This document shows positions 8,958 to 16,353 of a DNA stretch of 19,076 nucleotides, one piece after another. Made by a program: the position numbers and the translations under genes. The stretch covers positions 1 through 19,076 of the forward strand of contig JAUQVK010000071.1 in assembly GCA_039794845.1 (NCBI GenBank). Reading direction: 5' to 3'. Each line of letters starts with the position of its first letter. Positions within the stretch are counted from its first letter, which is position 1. This DNA comes from Thermostichus sp. DRC_bins_24. GTDB lineage: Bacteria; Cyanobacteriota; Cyanobacteriia; Thermostichales; Thermostichaceae. The notes under the pieces are model-generated. The model saw only the letters and a program-made list of their open reading frames with translations, did no database searches and was not told the DNA's origin.

Positions 8958-9508
8958 ATGTCGGAGGCCGGAGTGACTCGTGCGGCACTGCTCGTGGCAG
9001 CCTTGGTGTTGTCTGCGGTGTTGGAGCCGCGGGTGGCCGTGCCCTTGGTGGGTGGAGTGGCGCTGTTGATTGTGGAACAGGTGATTTGGGGTGGGCGATT
9101 TTCAGGGTTGTTGGGGGGCTGCTGAGCTGGGCTTCTCCCGATTTTCGGCAGCAGGTGATTTGGGTTCAGGGGGGGATCCCCTGGGGAGATTTGGAGCGCT
9201 ACGGCACTTTCTGGATGGCGGGGGCGGCGGCGGAGTCTTTACACTACGACCAAGTCACGGGAGATGAACAAGATTGGCAGCAATTGAGGATGCTGCTTTC
9301 AGGGATCCCTTCGGTGCAGCCTTTGACAAGCCCGGCGAAAGTGAAGGCTCAGATGAATCGTTATCTGCGCCAGAGCCAAGCCCTTTTGCAAGCTCACCTC
9401 GAAGCTTATGCGGTAACTGTTCAACACCTGGAGCGGGGATCCCCCTGGGAAGACTGTCTGGCCGCGATTGCCGAAAGCCTAGAACAGAAGCGCCCTCAAG
9501 AGGTCTGA
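8958..9508 (+). pseudogene. Frameshifted, apparently internally deleted homolog of the cyanobacterial FtsH-M41-like / VIR3-like 'ATP-dependent Zn protease' family
   Basis: The N-terminal TM part (MSEAGV...GRFSGLLG) is in the frame of ORF 8883 and stops at 9123-9125. The rest (LSWASPDFRQQVIW...LERYGTFWMAGAAAE...DCLAAI) is in the frame of ORF 8924. One extra G in the G6 run at 9113-9118 would fuse them. No HExxH motif is present. Family assignment is from recalled motifs. Confidence 0.65.
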
Positions 9509-9550
9509 TGCTTGCTGGGAGCAGGCTGGGGGGATCCCGACGCCGCTTGC

Positions 9551-9559
9551 TGATACACT
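9551..9559 (+). promoter_or_regulatory. Putative extended -10 promoter element for tpiA
   Basis: TGA-TACACT fits TGn-TAnnnT, about 95 nt upstream of the proposed tpiA start. Confidence 0.35.
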
Positions 9560-9655
9560 GTGACATACGAAAAAACAGAAGCTCGGGAGCTGCGTCTACC
9601 CACTGTGGGAATGTGGGCTCCCCTGTTTTCGCTGTCCCCTACGGAGGATCCCCTC

Positions 9656-10426
9656 TTGCGTCCAATCCTCATCGCCGGCAACTGGAAGATGCATAAGACC
9701 CAGGCTCAGGCCCGGGAGTTTTTGCGAGAGTTTGGAGTTGCCCTACAGGCTTCTCGTTCGGTTCCCGAGCGGCAGGTGATCCTCTGTGTGCCCTTCACCA
9801 CTTTGGCCTTGGTGGTGGAGCAAACTCAGGGGTTGCGAGGCTGGAACGGCTCAGGATCTGGGATGGCGGTGGGGGCGCAAAACCTCCACTGGGAAGATCA
9901 GGGGGCTTTTACCGGGGAAATTTCCGGCCCCATGCTGACGGAATTGGGGGTGCGCTACGTTATTGTCGGCCATAGTGAGCGGCGGCAGTACTTTGGCGAG
10001 ACCGATGAGACGGTCAATCGACGGCTGGCAGCAGCCCAACGGCATGGCCTCACGCCCATCCTGTGTGTGGGAGAAAGCAAACAACAACGGGACCAGGGCT
10101 TGACGGAATCTTGGATCGTGGGGCAGCTGGAGCGCGGTCTAAAGGGCATTGATCTGGAGAATTTGGTAATCGCTTATGAGCCGATTTGGGCGATCGGCAC
10201 CGGGGAGACCTGTGCGGCGCAGGAGGCCAACCGTGTGATCGGGTTAATCCGTCAACAGCTGGGCCATGCCCAACTGCCCATTCAGTACGGCGGCTCGGTA
10301 AAGGCCAGCAATATCGACGAGCTCATGGCCCAGCCCCAGATCGATGGGGTTTTGGTGGGAGGAGCCAGCCTGGATCCCAAAGAGTTTGCCCGCATCGCCA
10401 ATTTCCAAGCCCTAGCCCCTGCTTAG
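9656..10426 (+). CDS. tpiA: Triosephosphate isomerase
   Basis: [35 protein letters not shown]. Start placed at TTG 9656, 8 nt after GGAGG (9643-9647). Confidence 0.97.
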   Translation: MRPILIAGNWKMHKTQAQAREFLREFGVALQASRSVPERQVILCVPFTTLALVVEQTQGLRGWNGSGSGMAVGAQNLHWEDQGAFTGEISGPMLTELGVRYVIVGHSERRQYFGETDETVNRRLAAAQRHGLTPILCVGESKQQRDQGLTESWIVGQLERGLKGIDLENLVIAYEPIWAIGTGETCAAQEANRVIGLIRQQLGHAQLPIQYGGSVKASNIDELMAQPQIDGVLVGGASLDPKEFARIANFQALAPA

Positions 10427-10441
10427 AACGAGCAGAAGGCG

Positions 10442-10588
10442 TATAGCCCTTTGAATGGAGTTTGCAACACCTGCCCTCACCCCCTTCGCGCAGCGTGGCA
10501 CTGGCCGTAGCCCCTCTCCCAGAGCGGGAGAGGGAAGTCAGAAAGTGTATTGCTCCCGTTTGGAGTGGCTGGGGTGAGAAATGGCGTA
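10442..10588. repeat. MITE-like element with a REP-like hairpin between convergent tpiA and treY
   Basis: Starts TATAGCCCTTT, identical to 16087-16097. Contains the hairpin CCCTCTCCC(10512-10520)-AGAGC-GGGAGAGGG(10526-10534) and an outer inverted pair CTCACCCC(10476-10483)/GGGGTGAG(10571-10578). Degenerate right end AAATGGCGTA. Confidence 0.6.
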
Positions 10589-10595
10589 AAAACCA

Positions 10596-13397
10596 TCAAC
10601 GGGATTGCCCCCACAGGAGGGCCACCGGAAAGGACTTTAAGACAACACCTATAGGGAGAGTTTCACCGGCAGGGATCCCTTCTTGGCTGAGGCCATTCAC
10701 CCATTCCAGCCGTTTCCAGCGGGGCAGGTGAATTTGGGTGTCTTGCCAGACAGACTCGCCAAGGGGATCCTGGGTTTCGTCGATCAATGAGGTTAACAAA
10801 CGTGGCACCACGGTGATCAATACTTGCTTGGCGTGATGGCGGGCAAAGGCCACCACATGGGCTGCATGGGATCCACTCACTTGTAGAGGAATGTAACCCC
10901 CTTCGTGAAACAGTTGTGGTTGCTCCCGACGAAGTTTTAGAACATGGTGGAGCAAAAACAATTTGATGCGCCCATCGGCCCGGTGCAACAGCAAATCCTC
11001 AATGAGCCGAAGGGGCTCTTGCTTAGCCCGCCGTTGAATTTCTTCCAGGTAAGCGAGGCGACGGGAAAAATCCACGGGCCGACGATTGTCGGGATCGACC
11101 ATGCTGAAGTCCCAGAGTTCTGTGCCCTGGTAAATATCCGGGATACCGGGGCTGGTGAGTTTAACAAGGGTTTGGGAAAGGGAATTGAAGATACCGAAGT
11201 GGGCAATTTTGCGTTGGAAGGGCAGAAAAGACTCTAAAAAGGGGTTAGAAGCCTGTAGAATTTGATCGATAAAGGCAGTGGTGGCTTCTTCGTAGTCGGT
11301 ATCGGGTCGCAGCCAAGCGGTGTGAACCTTGGCTTCACGAACGGCCTTAATCAGATAATCTTTAACGCGCTGCACAAATTGAGGCAATTCTTCCGACTGA
11401 AAGGGATAGGAACCCAACAGGGTTTGATAGAGAAAATACTCATCATTGCGATCAGGCAGTTCTGAACGTTTGGCCTGTTTACTGTGGACTTTGTAGCCGG
11501 CATTGAGGTCATGCCAGAGCTTAATATGTTTCTCCCACTCGGCAGGAATTTCCGAGAGCACGTTGAGGCGGGCCCGCGTATCTTCGCCACGTTTGGTATC
11601 GTGGGTAGCGGAAGCATTCATGGCTAGAGGCCAATGGGCAGCCCGTTCTTGGTTAAAGCGATGAAAGTCCTGGACAGAAAGGCCAAAGCGACAGGGATCC
11701 CCGCCCACTTCGTTGAGGGAAAGTAGGCGGTTGTACACATAAAAGGCAGTGTCTTCCACACCCTTGGCCATGAGAGGGCCGGCCAGTTGTTGCAGGCGCA
11801 TGGCGAAGTAAATCTGTTCATTTTTCTCTTGATCGGATAGGTTGTCCAGAAACTCCAGGCAGAGAAAGCGCTGAATGAAGTTCAGTTCGTTCATCAAGAT
11901 GGGCAGGTTCTCTTTGGCCTGCTCTACGGCTTGTCGGATGATCTGCTGGCCTTCAGGAGAGAGGATCCCTTTTTGGATGTAGACTCGATAGACCGGGAAA
12001 CACACCAACACTTCCACCAAAGCCCGACGCAAGCTGTAGAGGGTAAAGTCATTGGCATAGCGGTGATGGCTGGTGATCTGCTTGAGCAAAAAGGCGAGGT
12101 TATCCATGTCCCCCGACAGATTTCGCTCGATGATTAGACGTTTTTTCTCTTCAATGACCTGTTCCGGCAGCTGTTGTAGATGAGTGAATTGACTGTAAAG
12201 TGAGTCGAAGGCTTCGGCATGAGCGGTTTGGCAAAAGATCCCGTTCAGTTTAATCAAGAAATCATAGCCGGTGGTACCTTGAACGGGCCACTCCTTGGGT
12301 AGAGTTTCTTCCGATTCTAAGATTTTCTCCACTACGATATAAGTTTCTGGGCAACGCTCTCGCAATCGATGAAGATACTCTTCTGGATCAAACAAACCAT
12401 CGATGTGGTCGATGCGAAGCCCGGTGAAGCGCCCCTGTTCGACGAGCTTGAGGATCATCTGATGGGTTTTGCGAAACACCTCCCAATCCTCTATGCGTAG
12501 GGAAATGAGTTCATTGATGGTAAAGAAACGTCGGTAGTTAATTTCTTCGGCTCCCACCTTCCAAAAGGAAATGCGAAAGTTCTGACGGGCTAAGAGGCTG
12601 TCCAACAGATCAAAGCTGGAGGGATCCCCTGGCTTGCCGTTGAAAATGGCAATGTTTTCGTCGAAGAAATTCTGTACGGGCTGACTGGAGTTGTAGAGTT
12701 CCCAGAGGGAGTATTTGGCGAAGTTAATTTGATCGGTTCGTTCTAGGAGGTCCTCTTTGGAGGGGATGAAGCGTAGACTGAAGAGAATTCCAAGCAGCTT
12801 GATATAGTCGGGATGGTTACGTCCTAATTTTCGTCTTAGCTTGCCCAAGTTGTAGGTGAATACATCGGCATAGGTATCGATGTTTAAAGGGAACCTTAGG
12901 GTATAGTAGTTGATGCTAAGACCATCGGCATCGTAGCGAAGCTGAATTTGTCCTGACTCTAGACACTTATCGTAAAAATCTCCCAGAAAAGGAGCTAATA
13001 TCCTACCCTGGATCCCCAAATAAGAGTGGTTCCAGTTCACATCAAAATAATCGATAAAATCGGAGTTTTGGCCACTTTCTAAGACATCCATAAGCATGGG
13101 GTTTTGGCCATCATAGGCCATGTGGTTGGGCACGATATCCTGTATCCAACCCATGTCCTGTTGGTTGAGGGTCTCCCACAGTTCTTCAAATTTTTCGCCC
13201 CCCCCCAATTCTGGGTTGATCTGGCGAGGATCCACCACGTCGTAGCCGTGGGTGCTGCCCTTACGGGCCTGAAAGATGGGAGAAGCGTACAGATCGGTGA
13301 TGCCGAGGGCCTTCAGGTAGGGGACAATTTGCCGTGCTGCCTCGAAGTCAAACCCAGCATGGAACTGGATGCGATAGGTAGAAGCAGGGATCCGCAT
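10596..13397 (-). CDS. treY: Malto-oligosyltrehalose synthase (GH13)
   Basis: MRIPASTYRIQF start with GAGG RBS; GSTHGYDVVDP, DIVPNHM, EINYRRFF, GLRIDHIDGL, VEKIL, ATHDTKRGED, VDPDNRRPVDF. 933 aa from ATG 13397. Confidence 0.96.
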   Translation of the reverse strand: MRIPASTYRIQFHAGFDFEAARQIVPYLKALGITDLYASPIFQARKGSTHGYDVVDPRQINPELGGGEKFEELWETLNQQDMGWIQDIVPNHMAYDGQNPMLMDVLESGQNSDFIDYFDVNWNHSYLGIQGRILAPFLGDFYDKCLESGQIQLRYDADGLSINYYTLRFPLNIDTYADVFTYNLGKLRRKLGRNHPDYIKLLGILFSLRFIPSKEDLLERTDQINFAKYSLWELYNSSQPVQNFFDENIAIFNGKPGDPSSFDLLDSLLARQNFRISFWKVGAEEINYRRFFTINELISLRIEDWEVFRKTHQMILKLVEQGRFTGLRIDHIDGLFDPEEYLHRLRERCPETYIVVEKILESEETLPKEWPVQGTTGYDFLIKLNGIFCQTAHAEAFDSLYSQFTHLQQLPEQVIEEKKRLIIERNLSGDMDNLAFLLKQITSHHRYANDFTLYSLRRALVEVLVCFPVYRVYIQKGILSPEGQQIIRQAVEQAKENLPILMNELNFIQRFLCLEFLDNLSDQEKNEQIYFAMRLQQLAGPLMAKGVEDTAFYVYNRLLSLNEVGGDPCRFGLSVQDFHRFNQERAAHWPLAMNASATHDTKRGEDTRARLNVLSEIPAEWEKHIKLWHDLNAGYKVHSKQAKRSELPDRNDEYFLYQTLLGSYPFQSEELPQFVQRVKDYLIKAVREAKVHTAWLRPDTDYEEATTAFIDQILQASNPFLESFLPFQRKIAHFGIFNSLSQTLVKLTSPGIPDIYQGTELWDFSMVDPDNRRPVDFSRRLAYLEEIQRRAKQEPLRLIEDLLLHRADGRIKLFLLHHVLKLRREQPQLFHEGGYIPLQVSGSHAAHVVAFARHHAKQVLITVVPRLLTSLIDETQDPLGESVWQDTQIHLPRWKRLEWVNGLSQEGIPAGETLPIGVVLKSFPVALLWGQSR

Positions 13398-13406
13398 GAT
13401 GACCTC

Positions 13407-13430
13407 GAACGACGACAGGAACGACGACAG
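13407..13430. repeat. 12-bp perfect tandem duplication in the treY leader
   Basis: GAACGACGACAG at 13407-13418 and 13419-13430. Confidence 0.9.
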
Positions 13431-13583
13431 GGTTGCTTGCCCCGTGAACAGCGCAAGGGAAGAGATGCTTCCAGGGTAACGGCTAAGATCAAAAAACCCG
13501 GGTAGCGCGGGGGATAATGGGGTGAAAACGGTGGCGGTGGAAGGGGGGGCTTTAGCTTCAATTTTACTGGTGAGGGTTTGCTC

Positions 13584-14279
13584 ATGAAGGTGCTGGGGAT
13601 GGCGAAGAAGTGGGCAGGGATCCTGCTCTTGGGCGGATCCCTGTGGGGTGGATGGAGCGGGGTCGCCCGGGCCCAAAGTCAGTTTCGGGTGGTGAATGAG
13701 CCAGTTTTAACCTTGCGTACCCCCGATGCCCCGGCCCGCCTGCGCCTGCTCGAGCAACGGTTTCAGGAGATCCTACTCCGGGCCGACAGCCCTCAGCTCT
13801 TGGTCAGCTTAGAAACCCCCAGTGCTCCCGGTCCGGCCCCCCCAGCAACCCCCGGTAGGGATCCCCAACCTCAACCCAGCCGCATTCTCTTGAATGGGCA
13901 ATTGCTGTTGGAGGTAACCCCCGCCGATGCAGAGGCCAACTCTACCCCTCAACCGGCGGATTTGGCGCGGGTTTGGGCATCTCGTCTGCAAACGGTGTTG
14001 AACCAGGAGCAAAACCAAAAGCGGCTTTTTTTTGCCCTAGGGTTACCGCCGCAGCTAACTTGGCAAGGACGCTTTTATAACCGAGCGGAGCATCCTGCCG
14101 TCGATACAGGGCGCTTTGTTACGGATGGCAGCCGCATTCAAAATGAAATTGTCTACTGGGAGATCCCGGCCGGGGAGGATCCTTTTGGGTTTAGCTACAA
14201 GCCGGTTCTCCCGGATCCCCCACCGGAGCGGCTGTTTTTGTTGAATCGTTATCGTCAATTTGTGCCCTACGAGTTGTAG
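13584..14279 (+). CDS. Hypothetical exported protein with Pro-rich linker
   Basis: Signal-peptide-like N-terminus ending VARA-Q; PSAPGPAPPATP linker; head of a co-directional gene run. Start may be ATG 13584 or 13599. Confidence 0.8.
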   Translation: MKVLGMAKKWAGILLLGGSLWGGWSGVARAQSQFRVVNEPVLTLRTPDAPARLRLLEQRFQEILLRADSPQLLVSLETPSAPGPAPPATPGRDPQPQPSRILLNGQLLLEVTPADAEANSTPQPADLARVWASRLQTVLNQEQNQKRLFFALGLPPQLTWQGRFYNRAEHPAVDTGRFVTDGSRIQNEIVYWEIPAGEDPFGFSYKPVLPDPPPERLFLLNRYRQFVPYEL

Positions 14280-14311
14280 TCCTTGTAGTTCTAAACTTTT
14301 CTCTTCTCTCT

Positions 14312-15157
14312 ATGCTGCCAAGTCAACGAGAACCTCACATCCTGTTGGGCCTTCGGGCCGATCAGTTTCGTCATCCTGTGGATCTGCAGGCGACCCGCTC
14401 ACTGCAACAGTTACCAGGGCTGGGTCTGCTGATTCAAAATTTGCTCGGTTCGACTGCGGAACAGGTGTTTTATCTGGATAACATCGCCTCTAGCATTCAA
14501 ATTAATGAGCATCAGTTACCCGAAATTTACCAGCTCTTGGTGCAAGCCTGTCGCATTTTGGACTTGGAAGTGCCTCAGCTCTACGTGCGGCAAAACCCCA
14601 TGCCCAATGCCTATACCTTTGCCATGCAGGGGAAAAAGCCCTTTATCGTTTTACACAGCTCACTGCTGGATCTGCTCGAGCCGCCGGAGATTCAGGCGGT
14701 GCTGGCTCATGAGTTGGGCCACTTGAAATGCAATCATGGCGTTTACTTGACGATGGCCAATATCCTGATGCTTTCCACCAGCTTGATCCCGTTTGGGGGG
14801 TTGTTTTATCAAGCGCTGCAAGATCAATTGATGCACTGGGTGCGCTGTGCCGAGTTTACCTGTGACCGGGCAGCTTTGTTGGTGACGCAAGAGGCAAAAA
14901 CGGTGGTTTCGGTGTTGATGAAGCTGTGTGGGGGATCCCCGCAATTGGCAGCCAAGCTGAATGTCGAGGCCTTTTTGGAACAGGCGCGGACCTATGATGA
15001 GCTAGACGATGACCTGTGGCAGGTGGAGTTGAAGCAGATACAAAACGTTGGGCGTACTCATCCACTGCCGGTGCTGCGGGCGAGAGAGATCGATCGCTGG
15101 TTCCGCAGCAATACCTATCAGCAAATTTTGGAGTTGCACGGTTCAACTGTTTCCTGA
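14312..15157 (+). CDS. M48-family zinc metallopeptidase
   Basis: 281 aa; PNAYT, AVLAHELGH (HExxH), AEFTCDRA, THP motifs. Confidence 0.93.
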   Translation: MLPSQREPHILLGLRADQFRHPVDLQATRSLQQLPGLGLLIQNLLGSTAEQVFYLDNIASSIQINEHQLPEIYQLLVQACRILDLEVPQLYVRQNPMPNAYTFAMQGKKPFIVLHSSLLDLLEPPEIQAVLAHELGHLKCNHGVYLTMANILMLSTSLIPFGGLFYQALQDQLMHWVRCAEFTCDRAALLVTQEAKTVVSVLMKLCGGSPQLAAKLNVEAFLEQARTYDELDDDLWQVELKQIQNVGRTHPLPVLRAREIDRWFRSNTYQQILELHGSTVS

Positions 15158-15169
15158 GTGTTTCCTGAG
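15148..15169. repeat. 11-bp tandem duplication spanning the M48 stop codon
   Basis: TGTTTCCTGAG at 15148-15158 and 15159-15169. Confidence 0.85.
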
Positions 15170-15177
15170 TTCCCGGG

Positions 15178-16146
15178 ATGGATTCCGTCAACGCTCTGCA
15201 TGGCCAACCCCTGATTCTCGGAGAAGTGCTTTTCGACCAATTTCCCGAGGGAGCGGTGTTGGGAGGGGCACCTTTGAATGTGGCTTGGAACCTTAAAGGG
15301 TTGGGAGCCGATCCGATCTTGCTGAGTCGAATTGGCGAGGATGAAGCCGGGGAGCAGGTGCGGGCGGCCATGCAGCGGCAGGGGTTAAGCCTCGAGGCTC
15401 TGCAACGGGATCCCGACCATCCTACGGGGGCGGTGCGGGTGGAACTGGATGCACAGGGGATCCCTGGCTATACCATTTTGCCCGACCAAGCCTACGACCA
15501 CATTCACCTCGATCCAAAAGCTCTGGAGGCGTTCAGGCCCAGCCTGCTTTACCGGGGCAGTTTGGCCGCCCGTACTGTGGCCGCCCATCGTCAATTTCAA
15601 GATTTCATCCCGGCTCTGGGGTGCCCGGTATTTCTCGATCTCAACCTGCGGGATCCCTGGTGGCGGCCCCAAGCGGTGCGGGAAATGTTGCGAACTTGCG
15701 ATTGGCTGAAGCTCAACCAGGATGAACTGCTTCAAGTGGCCCAAATGGAAGGGATCCCTGCCCGAGATGCGATTGCACAGGCCCAACAGCTGCGGGAGAT
15801 CCTAAACCTAAAAAGTGTACTTCTCACTCTGGGGGCAGCAGGAGCGATGATGATTACGCCCGACCAGGTTTATCAAGCGGATCCTGTGCCTGTGCCCCAG
15901 ATGGTAGATACTGTCGGGGCAGGAGATGCCTTCAGTGCTGTGGCGATCTTGGGTTTACTACAAGGTTGGTCGGAGGCGATTGTGTTGGAACGGGCGGTCT
16001 GTTTTGCGGCGGCTCTGTGTGGGATCACCGGGGGAACTCCGCAAGATAGGGGTTTCTACGATCCCTTTCGAGCTGAGTGGGGGATGTATAGCCCTTTACG
16101 CCCAGGGCACACCGGCGTGTCCTCCAGTTACATGCAACACAGGTAA
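15178..16146 (+). CDS. PfkB-family carbohydrate kinase (fructokinase-like); last 19 aa probably element-derived
   Basis: GEVLFD, GGAPLNVA, DLNLR, KLNQDE, DTVGAGDAF. Confidence 0.93.
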   Translation: MDSVNALHGQPLILGEVLFDQFPEGAVLGGAPLNVAWNLKGLGADPILLSRIGEDEAGEQVRAAMQRQGLSLEALQRDPDHPTGAVRVELDAQGIPGYTILPDQAYDHIHLDPKALEAFRPSLLYRGSLAARTVAAHRQFQDFIPALGCPVFLDLNLRDPWWRPQAVREMLRTCDWLKLNQDELLQVAQMEGIPARDAIAQAQQLREILNLKSVLLTLGAAGAMMITPDQVYQADPVPVPQMVDTVGAGDAFSAVAILGLLQGWSEAIVLERAVCFAAALCGITGGTPQDRGFYDPFRAEWGMYSPLRPGHTGVSSSYMQHR

Positions 16147-16254
16147 CAACGGTGGAAGTTGAGATCCACTCTCTAAAGGGCTAGTGCTCCGCACCTCGCG
16201 GGGTGAGAACAGGAATCACAATCCCTGCCGTAGAAAACCCGCGCAAGGGCTGTA
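16087..16254. mobile_element. Putative MITE with a TA target-site duplication, inserted in the pfkB stop codon
   Basis: TA-TAGCCCTT...AAGGGCTG-TA imperfect terminal inverted repeats. Deleting 16089-16254 restores GGG ATG TAA in the pfkB frame. A homologous inverted block lies at 17858-17928. Confidence 0.7.
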
Positions 16255-16353
16255 AAAGTTGAATGAACCTTACAATTCTCTCCATTCGAGAAAGATTCGG
16301 CACAATGAGGGGAGCAAATCACCCCCCCCTTACCAGCTTTTGAGGATGTCATC

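Noticed and set aside
13398..13676. 93-aa N-terminal extension of TreY; likewise the track extensions of SecF, SecD and TpiA
   Set aside because: Low-complexity, non-homologous sequence overlapping neighbours or promoters; better starts with RBS or ATGA coupling exist downstream.
16170..16260. TPP, guanidine-I or other known riboswitch in the ALDH leader
   Set aside because: Core motifs are missing (no CTGAGA/ACCTGAT; no ykkC 3' motif), and an inverted homolog downstream points to a repeat element.
16251..16274. TGTAA...TTACA as an NtcA site or Tn7/CAST end
   Set aside because: The spacing is not GTA-N8-TAC, no repeated TnsB-binding sites follow TGTA, and the TGTA is explained by the element end plus TA duplication.
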